The notes below the pieces were generated by a model. The model ran no database searches. It was not told the origin of the DNA and saw only the letters and a list, made by a program, of their open reading frames with translations. A stretch of 64,000 bases of DNA. Origin: Clostridiales bacterium. Its GTDB lineage: Bacteria; Bacillota; Clostridia; Christensenellales; UBA1242. The stretch covers positions 2,600 through 66,599 of the forward strand of contig SVIC01000002.1 of the NCBI GenBank assembly GCA_015055515.1, given 5' to 3'. Shown in pieces: positions 39,040-51,951 of the stretch. The stretch's first letter is position 1. Each line of letters starts with the position of its first letter. Position numbers and translations under genes: made by a program.

Positions 39040-39726
39040 ATTATCACTTACAGTTGTGGCAACTAGATTATTTATACGATAATATTCTAATATCGCAGAT
39101 AGTGCAGATACACTACATTCAGTTGGGTGCATTAATATAAAATCCCCTCCACTAACAGATTTTGTTGCTCTCTCATATATTAATTTCACATCATGATCAC
39201 GCCAATCAATAGTGTCTTTTGACCACATTATAGTGATATATCCTAGATTATTACATGCATCTACAGTAGCATTGTTGAATGCACCACTTGGTGGAGCAAA
39301 TAACCTCATATCATGGCCTGTGTATACTTTAATTAAATTATGACACATTAATATTTCATCATAATTCTGGCTATAATCCATATTTGAATGATCAAGGTGC
39401 AAATATCCATGATTGCCTACTTCGTGTCCGTTTGCCATTATTTTCGATAATGTTTCCATATTTTTCTCTGCCCAAATACCGCCAATGAAGAATGTTGCTT
39501 TTGCATTGTATCTATTCAAAATATCTAGCATTTCGTTAATATGATCTGTACCCTCATATACATTTATCATAATAGAGACTTTGTTATCATTTCTATCTCC
39601 ATTATATATAACGTTGTCATTATCATAACTAAATACATATGATGTGCTAAAAGTTGTTGTGAATACGCTAAGAACAATTAATGACAATATAATTATAATA
39701 TTTGTAACTATAGATACTTTTTTCAT
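39025..39726 (-). CDS. Polysaccharide deacetylase family protein (YlxY/SwsB-like, sporulation)
   Basis: MINVY in place of TFDD, KATFF.GG.W, GNHGY.H, LFAPPSG, DTIDW, LMHP. Confidence 0.82.
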   Translation of the reverse strand: MKKVSIVTNIIIILSLIVLSVFTTTFSTSYVFSYDNDNVIYNGDRNDNKVSIMINVYEGTDHINEMLDILNRYNAKATFFIGGIWAEKNMETLSKIMANGHEVGNHGYLHLDHSNMDYSQNYDEILMCHNLIKVYTGHDMRLFAPPSGAFNNATVDACNNLGYITIMWSKDTIDWRDHDVKLIYERATKSVSGGDFILMHPTECSVSALSAILEYYRINNLVATTVSDNLHTK

Positions 39727-39825
39727 AAACATCCTTTATATGCAATTACTTTATATTAAATTATCTGATCAGAATTAGAAATAGTTCAATAATATATAAT
39801 ATTAATTTGTTCAATAGAAAATGCA

Positions 39826-39855
39826 AAAAAGCCACCTAATTTAAGGTGACTTTTT
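39826..39855 (-). terminator. Terminator after the coiled-coil gene
   Basis: AAAAAGCCACCT-AATTTA-AGGTGACTTTTT. Confidence 0.7.
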
Positions 39856-39857
39856 AA

Positions 39858-42743
39858 TTAATCTTCATTAATTATTTCTTTTATATGTTCTATATCTTCT
39901 TTTAGTAAAGATACATGTTTATTAATTAACATATAGTTCTTTTCCAGATCAGGCAACCTATTTTCATTCTGCTTCAATACTGTTTCGCAAGAACTGATAC
40001 TATCTCTTAGATCTTCTATTATCGCCATATCATTTTTTAGTTTTTCAGCTTTTTCTTGGCTGATTTTTGTGTTTTTTACACCATATAAGCTAATCTTTTG
40101 TTTTGCTACCTGCATTTCTTTCTTAGCAAGTTTATTAGTATCTCTTTCATATGCTTTTTTGATACGAAGTAATGGTAAGTATTCCTTACTTATTTTCTTT
40201 AATTCTTTTTCTGCTTCAACCAATTCTTTTTGAAGTTTCTCTAATTTAGCTTCAAATTGCAAATTCTTCTTTGAAGATATCTTAACTGGCTTCTCTACAA
40301 CTTCTATTACTTCTACAACCTCTTCTTTTGGCTCTACTTTTTCTTCAATAACAGGTGTGGTATTTTCCTCTACATCGGTAGTAGTTTCCTCTACTATCTT
40401 CTTATATGACTTTTTAGAATATTCAATGGTTGCATTGTTATTACTATTTGCATATCTTATAGGACCATCTGAATCATTATTGCTCTTGTTTTTGCTTAAT
40501 TCCTGTAGGCTTTGAGTAATTCTCTTTAGTTGTTCATTCTGAGACTTTAATACATTATTATGAGATTCTAATCTTTTAATCTCTACGTTCTTGCTAATTT
40601 CGGCATTTTCTTTTTCCATTTGATTAACATTTTGAATTATTTTAGTTAATCTGGATGTCATTTTGTTAATACCAGCATATTTATTTGCAAGAGTTTCATC
40701 ATTATTAGAAACACTAGCCTTATTATAATTATCAGTATAATAATCCAAATCGCTTTGGCTTATTTTTAATTGTTTATTTAACGATTTCAATTCGGTAGTC
40801 TGATATGAAGTGTCTTGCTTCAATTTCTTAAATTCAGATATTTCGATTTCCTTATTCTCAATAAGGATTTTTATGCTATCAATTTCAGAATTTAATTTAG
40901 TTATTAATGTTATTAACAACTTGTCATTTTCTTTTTCAAGTTCTTTAATTGAATTCTCATTTCTGGCTATCTGATCTTTAATTATTGAAATATTTCTACC
41001 TAGACTATCTGCATCATCATTAGACATATTCTTTAATTCTTTGTCTAGTTCTTTTCTCAATCTTTCTATTTCAGACTTAAGATGTTTGATTTGCTCTTTT
41101 ATCTCATCAATGCGTTGTTCAATTTGCTCTATTTCTTTTCTTTCTTCTTCACGTATACGAGATTGAATTTGCTCTAATTCTTTTTCTTTCTTGTCCCAAG
41201 CCTTTTTCATATCTTCCAATTCAAGAATTTCATTAGAGTAGTCTTTGTGCTCATCTTTTAATATGTGAATCTCTTTTTCTTTGGATTCCATTTTGTCAAT
41301 GAAATCTTCTAATTCGGTAGTTAGCTTATCAATTTGCTTTTCATTCTCTTCTTTTTGAAGATCTTGTCTATTCTCTAACTCTTGTTGCTTTGTTTGCATT
41401 TCAGACTTTAATTCTTCAAGCTCTTTTATATATGCAGTTACATCCGCATTTTCTTTTCTCAATGAATCGATTTCTTCTTGTTTAGTTACAATTTCTGCTC
41501 TTGATATCTCTAATTCTCTCACTAAAGAATCTATATATTGTTGATCATCTTTTCTATGGTTCTCTTGCAACTCATATATTTGTTCTTCTTTCGCTCTTAG
41601 ATTATCTTTTAATAATTGAAGATCGGCAGACTCTTTGCTATAATCTTCATTTTGCTTTTTAAGCCTGTTGATTTCTTTTTCTTTCTTAGCAATATCTGAT
41701 CTATAAGTATCTAGCGCATAAGTCAATTCATCATACAGTTTTTCATATTCAGCTATTTCTTCTTCTTGCTGAGCAACAAAATCTTTTTCTTTGTCTCTCC
41801 ACTCAGCCTTCATCTTTTCCAAATCAGCCATTTCTTTAGAATAATCATTCTCACGGCTAATTAATTCATTTATTTCTTGTTGCTTTTGTTTGATCTCATC
41901 TTTAGATTTCTCTAGATCTTCTACAAGAGCTTTAATTTCTTTTTCATTCTCTTCTTTTTGTAATCTTTGGATCTCAAGAAGTTCAGTTTCTCTTAATCTC
42001 CACTCTCTTTTCAATTCTCTGATATCATCTTTCGTAATACCATAATATTGTTTTTTGTTTTTATTCTTCTTATTATGATTACGTGGATTTTTATATTTTT
42101 CTTTATACAATTGATCCTTTAATTTTACCAACTCTTTACGTTCTTCTTCAAACATTTCCTTTGCCAAACGCAATTCTTGTAGTTGCTTGTCAATTGCTTC
42201 ATTATTTACTTTCACATCTGCCTTAACATCATCCTCAATTATAGGCTCAGTTACAGTTTCGGTAACTACTTCTTTTTCTTCTTTTTTAGTTTCTTCTGGT
42301 TTCTTTACTTTTTGTTTAGCTTCATCATTATAGATTACTAAGGCTTCCTTTGTAACTTCATCTAAGATAGCATCATAATCTTCTTCGTTTTTCTTAGTTT
42401 CTACTTCTGCTACTTTTTTCTGTTCTTCATCAATCTTTGCCTGAAGTGCCTTCTGCTCTTCTACAGCCTTGTCAAAATCAATCTCAGTTACTTCTTCAGT
42501 ATTTTTCTCTACAGACTCAACAACCTGTTGTCTATTGTCAACGTTACTATGCACGACTATATCACCATATTCGTATGTATTTTTTGTTGCTTTCTCTTTC
42601 TTAGATTTGTTGAAATACACTCCCTCTGTAGATGAAAATGCACTAAATATAGCATCTAGCATTAGTGACAATAAAAAAGCACCAAGTAGTACTATTGTAG
42701 CAATACCTAAAATTTGTAAAATTACATATAAAACATCAGTCAT
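39858..42743 (-). CDS. Membrane-anchored long coiled-coil protein with 67-aa tandem repeats
   Basis: One N-terminal TM, E/K-rich helical body, AGAGGT RBS; no Walker motifs, so not an SMC ATPase. Confidence 0.8.
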   Translation of the reverse strand: MTDVLYVILQILGIATIVLLGAFLLSLMLDAIFSAFSSTEGVYFNKSKKEKATKNTYEYGDIVVHSNVDNRQQVVESVEKNTEEVTEIDFDKAVEEQKALQAKIDEEQKKVAEVETKKNEEDYDAILDEVTKEALVIYNDEAKQKVKKPEETKKEEKEVVTETVTEPIIEDDVKADVKVNNEAIDKQLQELRLAKEMFEEERKELVKLKDQLYKEKYKNPRNHNKKNKNKKQYYGITKDDIRELKREWRLRETELLEIQRLQKEENEKEIKALVEDLEKSKDEIKQKQQEINELISRENDYSKEMADLEKMKAEWRDKEKDFVAQQEEEIAEYEKLYDELTYALDTYRSDIAKKEKEINRLKKQNEDYSKESADLQLLKDNLRAKEEQIYELQENHRKDDQQYIDSLVRELEISRAEIVTKQEEIDSLRKENADVTAYIKELEELKSEMQTKQQELENRQDLQKEENEKQIDKLTTELEDFIDKMESKEKEIHILKDEHKDYSNEILELEDMKKAWDKKEKELEQIQSRIREEERKEIEQIEQRIDEIKEQIKHLKSEIERLRKELDKELKNMSNDDADSLGRNISIIKDQIARNENSIKELEKENDKLLITLITKLNSEIDSIKILIENKEIEISEFKKLKQDTSYQTTELKSLNKQLKISQSDLDYYTDNYNKASVSNNDETLANKYAGINKMTSRLTKIIQNVNQMEKENAEISKNVEIKRLESHNNVLKSQNEQLKRITQSLQELSKNKSNNDSDGPIRYANSNNNATIEYSKKSYKKIVEETTTDVEENTTPVIEEKVEPKEEVVEVIEVVEKPVKISSKKNLQFEAKLEKLQKELVEAEKELKKISKEYLPLLRIKKAYERDTNKLAKKEMQVAKQKISLYGVKNTKISQEKAEKLKNDMAIIEDLRDSISSCETVLKQNENRLPDLEKNYMLINKHVSLLKEDIEHIKEIINED
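41050..42002 (-). repeat. About 4.7 degenerate 201-bp (67-aa) tandem coding repeats
   Basis: Units start at 42002, 41801, 41600, 41399 and 41198 (W/W/L/M/W) with K.KEI..L and DYS.E..DL in register. Confidence 0.8.
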
Positions 42744-42930
42744 ATTTTACCTCTTATCTCAAAAAATAACTCTATTAATATTCTATATTAATATTAATAA
42801 TTTGTCAATACTAAATTAAAAAAACAATGCTTTATGTTCAAAATATATATAAATACTATTACATGAGGCAATTATTTGTTAAAAAAAGGATAGGTAAATG
42901 AAATACTTACCTATCCAAATATGTACTTTA

Positions 42931-43794
42931 TTATTTCCTACCATGAAATGCAAGCCCTAGTGTTCCTGGACCGCAATGTGTACCAATTACTGGTCCAATA
43001 TTTTGTAGCCATATTTCTAAATCTTTGCCATATTCCTCTTCTATTTTTGCTTTTAAGAACATAGCATCTTCAATGCAATCAGCATGCAAAATTGCAAGTG
43101 GATAATCAGCTATATTTTGCCCTTTTTGCTTTAATAAATCTAACAAAGTCATAATAGATTTCTTTCTTCCATTTACTTTTGCTACAGTATCAATCTTACC
43201 ATCTACATTGATACCAAGAACTGGCTTAATACCAAGCATTGTTCCAACTGCTGCAGATATAGCAGAAATTCTACCACCACGCTTTAAGTGCATTAGGTTA
43301 TCAACAATAAAGAATTCACATACATTATCACGGATTTCTTCTACGAACTTTATAATTTCGTCATCACTTGCACCTTTCTTATATTCAAGAGCGGCTAAAT
43401 AAGCCACAATTCCTGCACCAACTGAAATATTTCTAGTATCTACGAATTTAATAGATCTTTCTGGAAATTTTTCTTTTAATGAATTAATTGCTGTTTGTAA
43501 ATGATTGAATGTTCCGCTCATTGCATTGGAGAAAGTTACATATATAATATCATTTCCCTGCTCCAAGAAAGGAGTGAATATCTCTTCATAATTCTGAGGA
43601 TTTAATGCTGATGTAATAGGCATAGATCCTTTGCGTACTTTATCATAAAAAGCTTTGAAATCAGTATTTCTGCCTAAATCATAGAAATATTCTTCATCAT
43701 CTATTGTGTACGGCATGCTAATAAATTCGATGCCTAATTTGTCAACCTTGTCATACCATAATTCGCTATTGCTATCAATAAAAAATATACTCAT
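42931..43794 (-). CDS. DegV family fatty-acid binding protein (FakB)
   Basis: DS..E, P.TSA.NP, SNAMSGTF, L.RGGRIS, IKPVL, IGTHCGPG. Confidence 0.92.
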   Translation of the reverse strand: MSIFFIDSNSELWYDKVDKLGIEFISMPYTIDDEEYFYDLGRNTDFKAFYDKVRKGSMPITSALNPQNYEEIFTPFLEQGNDIIYVTFSNAMSGTFNHLQTAINSLKEKFPERSIKFVDTRNISVGAGIVAYLAALEYKKGASDDEIIKFVEEIRDNVCEFFIVDNLMHLKRGGRISAISAAVGTMLGIKPVLGINVDGKIDTVAKVNGRKKSIMTLLDLLKQKGQNIADYPLAILHADCIEDAMFLKAKIEEEYGKDLEIWLQNIGPVIGTHCGPGTLGLAFHGRK

Positions 43795-43904
43795 ATCGTT
43801 CTCTCTTTACTTCTTTTCTTCTGATAGAGGATAAACCTCTTGTTAAGAGTATACAATTACTACTTAAAAAAACCAAGAAAAGTAAAGCAATTTATAAATT
43901 TTAA

Positions 43905-45383
43905 CTATTTCATTATTGGGAATAATACTACATCTCTAATACTTGGCTGTTGATATAACATTACTAGCAGTCTATCTATACCCATACCAAGACCAGACAT
44001 AGGAGGCATTGCGTGCTCCATTGCAAGCAAGAAATCCTCATCCACATCCATTGCTTCTTCATCACCCATAGCCTTTGCTTTTGCCTGCTCCTCAAGTGTA
44101 TGTCTTTGAATAATTGGATCAACTAATTCGGAATATGCTTTACATAATTCCTCACCGTTAATTAAGAATTGGAACATTTCTATAGTTCTTGGATCGGCAT
44201 CATTCGGTCTAGCTAAAGGTACAAGACATGCTGGATAATTGTATAATATTGTTGGCTCTATTATAGAAGGACGCATCTTTCTCTTATAAATATAATCGAT
44301 AATAGCACCGCAAGTCTTTAGTGAATCTATATCTTCTGGATCAAACATCTTTAGACTGTTTACTTTTGCTTTCAATGCTTCTGGAGTGTCATAGTCTAAT
44401 ACATTAAATCCTAATAATTCGTTAATTGTTGCAGTATAATCTACCCTTCTTAACTCTTTATCAAGAGCAAATACTTTATCTCCTACTATTATCTCTGGCT
44501 TACCTAGCATATAAGTAGTAAGCTCTTTAATGAAGTTAGTAAAGAAACGTATATTGTCTTCAAAGTTCCAATAACTAGCATACCATTCTACTTGAGTAAA
44601 TTCTTGTAGATGTGATGCATCCATACCTTCATTTCTGAAACACTTTGCCACCTCAAAGACTCTTGGGAATCCACCAGCAACAACCTGCTTTAGATATACT
44701 TCTGGTGCAATTCTTAGATTACACATTTTGTCTAGTGCATTATGTTTTGTCAAGAATGGCTTAGCACTAGCACCGCACACTGCTCCTTGCAATATTGGAG
44801 TTTCCACTTCTATGAATTGATTTTTCTCTAAATAACTTCGTATAAAAGATACTAATCTGCTTCTGCCAAGAAGAACCTTTCTAGACTCTTCATTTGTTAC
44901 TAGATCAAGATATCTTTGTCTGTATCTTGCTTCTATATCTGTCAAGCCATGGAATTTCTCTGGCAGAGGTAACATAGCTTTTGACAACAATTCGTATGAA
45001 GTAGCCTTAATTGTGATCTCGCCAGTTTGCGTAGTATACATTTCGCCTTCTATACCTACATAGTCACCAATATCGACATATGTCTTAAAGAACTTGAATT
45101 TTTCCAAATCTATTTCATTGACACTCAAGCTTACTTGAATTTTTGCAAAAATGTCACTTAATTGAATAAACATAAATTTACCGAAAGTTCTTCTAAAAGT
45201 TAGTCTTCCTGCAACTTTTACCTTCGTGTCCATTTTCTCATCTCTTGCCTCAAGTAGCGTATGAGTAACTTCATACTTATCTGCATATGGATTAATGCCA
45301 TTTTCTTTTAACAAGTTAATCTTATTTAATCTAATATCTGTTTCTTTTGTCAAACCTATACTTGGGTTCTCTGGTAATGCCAT
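43905..45383 (-). CDS. lysS: Lysine--tRNA ligase (class II)
   Basis: LPEKFHGLTD.E.RYRQRYLDL, EVETP, LRIAPE, FRNEG...H..EFT, G.GMGIDRL; start at the second ATG after GGAG, with TTGACA-17-TATACT upstream. Confidence 0.95.
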   Translation of the reverse strand: MALPENPSIGLTKETDIRLNKINLLKENGINPYADKYEVTHTLLEARDEKMDTKVKVAGRLTFRRTFGKFMFIQLSDIFAKIQVSLSVNEIDLEKFKFFKTYVDIGDYVGIEGEMYTTQTGEITIKATSYELLSKAMLPLPEKFHGLTDIEARYRQRYLDLVTNEESRKVLLGRSRLVSFIRSYLEKNQFIEVETPILQGAVCGASAKPFLTKHNALDKMCNLRIAPEVYLKQVVAGGFPRVFEVAKCFRNEGMDASHLQEFTQVEWYASYWNFEDNIRFFTNFIKELTTYMLGKPEIIVGDKVFALDKELRRVDYTATINELLGFNVLDYDTPEALKAKVNSLKMFDPEDIDSLKTCGAIIDYIYKRKMRPSIIEPTILYNYPACLVPLARPNDADPRTIEMFQFLINGEELCKAYSELVDPIIQRHTLEEQAKAKAMGDEEAMDVDEDFLLAMEHAMPPMSGLGMGIDRLLVMLYQQPSIRDVVLFPIMK

Positions 45384-45456
45384 ATATTTTTTCTCCATTG
45401 TATTTTTTATATAATAAAAGTATATTTATTTTAGAGATGTTTGTCAACATTAATTT

Positions 45457-46020
45457 TTATTTATTTATTATTTGATCTACTAAATGATCATATACTTTCA
45501 TATTTTGCTTGATTTTCTTTAAGTAATTTTCACTTTCCTTAAATGGAATAGTATCAAGATTTTTTCCATCTTTAGAGTATTGAGGGTTCTTTAACCAATT
45601 ATTTACATTTCCCATACCAGCATTATATGCAACAATAGCATTATCAATATTATTGTAATAATCTATTAAATACCTAATATACATACATCCGTATTTTATA
45701 TTTAACTCTACATTCTCCAAATCAGTGTAATTACTTAACATGTCATCACCGCACTTTTTTGCCATATCATTTGCCGTATTTAGTTGTAACTGCATTATGC
45801 CGATTGCATCAGCAGAAGAATGTGCGCTTGGATTAAATGCTGATTCTACATTAATAGTACTAAAAATTAATATAGGATCTAGATTGTTCTCTCTAGAGTA
45901 TTTTATGACTATTTCTTGATAATCCAACGGATAACAAATGTCTAAATAAGCATGAGCCAAACAAAATATTGAGATAACAGTTAATACTAATAAACTTACA
46001 TAAAATATTATTTTTTTCAT
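45457..46020 (-). CDS. Soluble lytic transglycosylase (SLT family)
   Basis: I.VES.F...A.S...A.GIMQ, AYNAG.GNV..W, IPF.E...Y. Confidence 0.9.
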   Translation of the reverse strand: MKKIIFYVSLLVLTVISIFCLAHAYLDICYPLDYQEIVIKYSRENNLDPILIFSTINVESAFNPSAHSSADAIGIMQLQLNTANDMAKKCGDDMLSNYTDLENVELNIKYGCMYIRYLIDYYNNIDNAIVAYNAGMGNVNNWLKNPQYSKDGKNLDTIPFKESENYLKKIKQNMKVYDHLVDQIINK

Positions 46021-46034
46021 ACTATATTATTTGT

Positions 46035-46850
46035 TTAATCTATGGTTTCGATACCAAGCAAGGCTAAATTAATTCCTTTTGCAATAATACTTGATAGCCT
46101 ATCTACAATTAAGTCAATGTCATGAAATGTTAAAATTAATTCATCATCTATACATTTATCATTACATAGAGTTTTGGCATATATCATCAGAGGCACTCCG
46201 ATTGTAATTACATCACAGCCAAGAGTGCTTTTTGTAAATTTTTTCTTTGGATTATTTATTCCTGCACCTGGGATTATACCAACATTGGTTATCTGAATAG
46301 ATTTGCCAAGCCTGTCCATATGACCTGCACACAGAGAATCTATAATGATAAGAAGATGTGGTTTAACCCTTTTAATAATACCACTTATTATGTCAAAAGA
46401 CTCTATTCCTGTCTCACCCATTACAGATGGTGCAATTGCCGATATTTTAGGCTTAAAATTACTATTGCTTAAGATTTTTGTAATAATTATATTTTCACAT
46501 ACTTTTTTACCCAGGCTATCAGATTGTATTTTCTCATTACCTAGCCCTACTACTATAATTTCAAAATTATTATCTATATTTGGTAATAATTTAGTAAGTA
46601 TTTCAGATATATTGTCTACAATAACATTATTAATAGTGTCATCAAAATATGTCGATTTTGTATCTATAAGGTAATATTCACCAATTGGCCGATTTAACTT
46701 TTTTGATTGATATTTATTGCTTATTGTAAAATGATCTATTTTTATATCATTCCTATCATTTTTATATTTGAACGGCACACTATATTTGCTCGCCTCAATT
46801 TGTTGCTGTTCTAATATTTCAGATATTATATCCGTTTTTATACCTTTCAC
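46035..46850 (-). CDS. gpr: Spore germination protease (GPR endopeptidase)
   Basis: VVGLGN...D.LG, P.V.G.TGIE, IDSL.A, PG.G; divergent from rpsT as in Bacillus and Clostridium. Confidence 0.85.
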   Translation of the reverse strand: MKGIKTDIISEILEQQQIEASKYSVPFKYKNDRNDIKIDHFTISNKYQSKKLNRPIGEYYLIDTKSTYFDDTINNVIVDNISEILTKLLPNIDNNFEIIVVGLGNEKIQSDSLGKKVCENIIITKILSNSNFKPKISAIAPSVMGETGIESFDIISGIIKRVKPHLLIIIDSLCAGHMDRLGKSIQITNVGIIPGAGINNPKKKFTKSTLGCDVITIGVPLMIYAKTLCNDKCIDDELILTFHDIDLIVDRLSSIIAKGINLALLGIETID

Positions 46851-47007
46851 TTTCCACTCACAAATTTACTTTTTAATAATTTTCTTCATTTACAAAAATA
46901 TTAAACCATTATTTTAATAAATTAGTAAAATAATCTTGCTTTTTAATAATTAATATGCTAAAATAGTCACGATTTTTAACAACTATCACTAAATAAGGAG
47001 AAAAATT

Positions 47008-47406
47008 GTGGCAAATATTAAATCAGCGAAAAAAAGAATTAACACTTTAGCAAGAAAAAGAGAAGAAAACAAATTAGTTAAAAGTTCTCTAAGAACTCAG
47101 ATTAAGAAGTATAAAAAGGCTCTTGCTGAAAAAGATGTTACTCTTGCAGAAGCTTTGTTAAAGGAAACTATCAGCAAGATCGATGCTGCTAGAAGCAAAG
47201 GTATTCTACATAAGAACAATGCTAGTAATAAAGTTGCAAGACTATCTTCTGCTTTTGATAAACTAAAGAAAGAGACAGCTACTACTGAAGTAAAAGAAGT
47301 AAAAGCTGCCAAAGTTGAAGTTGCAGAGGTAAAGGCAGAAGAGAATACTGAAGAGAAAGCTCCAGTAAAGAGAACAAGAAAGACTACAACTAAGAAAGCA
47401 GAGTAA
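47008..47406 (+). CDS. rpsT: 30S ribosomal protein S20 with an about 45-aa C-terminal extension
   Basis: MANIKSAKKR...KGILHKNNAS.K..RL. Confidence 0.95.
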   Translation: MANIKSAKKRINTLARKREENKLVKSSLRTQIKKYKKALAEKDVTLAEALLKETISKIDAARSKGILHKNNASNKVARLSSAFDKLKKETATTEVKEVKAAKVEVAEVKAEENTEEKAPVKRTRKTTTKKAE

Positions 47407-47416
47407 TAAAAAAAAT

Positions 47417-47479
47417 TTATCACACATTTATATGTGTGATTTTTTTGTACAAAAAAAACCACTAAATCATTAGTGGTTG
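47417..47479. terminator. Back-to-back terminators for the convergent rpsT and yajC
   Basis: ATCACACAT-TTAT-ATGTGTGAT-TTTTTT and AAAAAAAACCACTAA-ATCA-TTAGTGGTT. Confidence 0.75.
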
Positions 47480-47483
47480 CATT

Positions 47484-47960
47484 TTATTCAGATTTCTTTT
47501 TTACATTTTTCTTAGCAGAAGTTGTCTTTTTTGTCTTTGGCTTTTCTTCTTTTGTCTCTACTATTTCTTCTTTTACTTCTTCTTTATTCTCTACTACTTT
47601 ATCTTCTTCTGCAAATGTAATATCATTACCCTGTGCATCAAGAATAATATCACGCTTATTGTCTATATCCATGATTGCATCAGCATGAATTTCCTGATAA
47701 GATTTATGGTTAGCATCACCTGTTTCAATAACAAAAACTCTACCAATTGTTGTCTCTCTAACACTTAATATTTTTCCAAAAACTCCTGCAGTAGTTATAA
47801 TAGTGTCGCCTGGCTTCAACTGTCCCATCATTTCTATTCTTTTACTATTTAACTTCTTGTTTCTTAAATAAGTAGGTACAATCATAACTACAATTAATAC
47901 AACAAAAATAATTAATAGACCCCATGAAGGCATGCCAGCATTTTCTAATAATAAATTCAT
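47484..47960 (-). CDS. yajC: Preprotein translocase subunit YajC with a charged tail
   Basis: TM followed by LKPGD.IITTAG.FGKI; follows queA-tgt. Confidence 0.88.
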   Translation of the reverse strand: MNLLLENAGMPSWGLLIIFVVLIVVMIVPTYLRNKKLNSKRIEMMGQLKPGDTIITTAGVFGKILSVRETTIGRVFVIETGDANHKSYQEIHADAIMDIDNKRDIILDAQGNDITFAEEDKVVENKEEVKEEIVETKEEKPKTKKTTSAKKNVKKKSE

Positions 47961-48037
47961 ATTTTACTCCTTATAATATAATACATATATTATACCAAAC
48001 AAGTATCTCTACGCAAAGAAATAATTGATATATAATG

Positions 48038-50204
<2,167 letters not shown>

Positions 50205-50225
50205 CTATATTCCTTTAAGCTATCA

Positions 50226-50253
50226 AAAAGCACAATGTATATTGTGCTCTTTT
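50226..50253 (-). terminator. Terminator after ruvB
   Basis: AAAAGCACAAT-GTAT-ATTGTGCT. Confidence 0.65.
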
Positions 50254-50293
50254 ATTTTACATATTTTTTTATTAAATTACAATAGTTATTTTA

Positions 50294-51340
50294 CTATTCT
50301 TCAGTTTCAACAAACATTTTCAAATAATCTTGCTTCTGGCTAGACAATTTTCTATCAAAATGCTTATATGCATTAGGTAATGCAACTCTTCCCCTTGGTG
50401 TTCTGGCAATAAAGCCTAATTGTATCAGGTACGGCTCATATACATCTTCTATTGTGTTAGCATCTTCGCCCGTTGCAGCAGCCAGTGTCTCAAGACCCGC
50501 AGGCCCTCCATTGAATTTGTCAATAAGAGTTAGAAGAATACGCCTATCGGTAAAATCAAGTCCTAATTCATCTACTTCTAATCTAGACAAAGCCTCCTTA
50601 GTAGTCTCAAGGGTAATTGACTTTTCATTCTTAATATCTGCAAAATCTCTAACTCTTTTCAAAAACCTATTTGCTATTCTAGGAGTACCCCTACTCCTTT
50701 TGGCTAGTTCTATACTCGCATCAGGGTCAATTTGCATTCTTAATATATTAGCGGACCTTGTAATAATTGATGCTAATTCTTCTACTGTATATAACTCTAA
50801 CCTACATACAACTCCAAATCTATCTCTCAATGGTCCAGTCAACATTCCAGCCTTGGTTGTTGCTCCGATTAATGTAAATGGTTGCAGTTTCAACCTCATT
50901 GTTCTAGCACTTGGCCCCTTTCCTAATATGAAGTCTAAGGCATAATCCTCTAATGCTGGATACAGAATCTCCTCCACTGCACGAGATAACCTGTGTATTT
51001 CATCAATAAATAGTACATCATTTTTGTTAAGATTGGTAAGGATACTTGCCAAATCAGCCACTTTTTCTATGGCTGGTCCACTGGTTATCTTAATGGATGA
51101 ACCCATTTCATTTGCAATAATATGGCTAAGTGTGGTCTTACCTAGTCCAGCAGGACCGTATAATAGCACGTGGTCTAATGCTTCGCCACGCTTTTTTGCA
51201 GCTCCGATATATACTTGTAGATTTTGCTTAATTTTCTCTTGACCCACGTATTCATCGATAGAAGTCGGCCTTAATGTATTCTCTACATCGTTATCTTCCA
51301 TATTCTTAGTGCTTGTAACTATTCTTTCATCAAAATCCAT
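50294..51340 (-). CDS. ruvB: Holliday junction branch migration helicase RuvB
   Basis: LRP...[37 protein letters not shown]. Confidence 0.98.
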   Translation of the reverse strand: MDFDERIVTSTKNMEDNDVENTLRPTSIDEYVGQEKIKQNLQVYIGAAKKRGEALDHVLLYGPAGLGKTTLSHIIANEMGSSIKITSGPAIEKVADLASILTNLNKNDVLFIDEIHRLSRAVEEILYPALEDYALDFILGKGPSARTMRLKLQPFTLIGATTKAGMLTGPLRDRFGVVCRLELYTVEELASIITRSANILRMQIDPDASIELAKRSRGTPRIANRFLKRVRDFADIKNEKSITLETTKEALSRLEVDELGLDFTDRRILLTLIDKFNGGPAGLETLAAATGEDANTIEDVYEPYLIQLGFIARTPRGRVALPNAYKHFDRKLSSQKQDYLKMFVETEE

Positions 51341-51341
51341 A

Positions 51342-51944
51342 TTAATTCATATTCCTTAATGCTTTTGTTACTAGTATTTCAGTAGTATCATCTGGGCCCG
51401 CTACAGATTTAATCAATTTCATTGCCTCTACTTTGCTCAATCCCATATCAACCATTAAGTTTGCAGCCTCTTCCATTGCAGATTCATTACCAGATGATGT
51501 ATTACTAAATTCTGTATAATTTTCTAACGTAATTCCATTTAGCGTATTTATGCTATTCTTTAGCTCTAATAAGATTCTTTCAGCAGTTTTTTTGCCAATT
51601 CCTTTAATGGAAGCAATGAGTTTTACATCTCCATACATAATTGCAGTTACTATCTCTGATGCACTAAGTGAAGATAACATCTGTATTGCTGTCTTTGCTC
51701 CTATGCCAGACACCGAAATTAGCGACAAAAAGACATCTTTCTCCTGTTTGTTGTAGAATCCAAACAACTGCATAGCGTCTTCTCGTACATGCAAATATGT
51801 GTATAATTTTGCCTCATCACCTATGCCTTGCGTTCGATCAACTGTATTTGTTGAGACAATTATTTCATACCCTATTCCATTATTATTAAGGACTATTAAG
51901 TTCTCATACTTTTCTTCTATTATTCCTGTTATAAATGAATACAT
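51342..51944 (-). CDS. ruvA: Holliday junction branch migration protein RuvA
   Basis: [34 protein letters not shown]. Confidence 0.96.
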   Translation of the reverse strand: MYSFITGIIEEKYENLIVLNNNGIGYEIIVSTNTVDRTQGIGDEAKLYTYLHVREDAMQLFGFYNKQEKDVFLSLISVSGIGAKTAIQMLSSLSASEIVTAIMYGDVKLIASIKGIGKKTAERILLELKNSINTLNGITLENYTEFSNTSSGNESAMEEAANLMVDMGLSKVEAMKLIKSVAGPDDTTEILVTKALRNMN

Positions 51945-51951
51945 TATATAC

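Noticed and set aside
39858-42743. SMC protein to partner scpAB
   Set aside because: No Walker A/B or hinge motifs, and it has an N-terminal TM.
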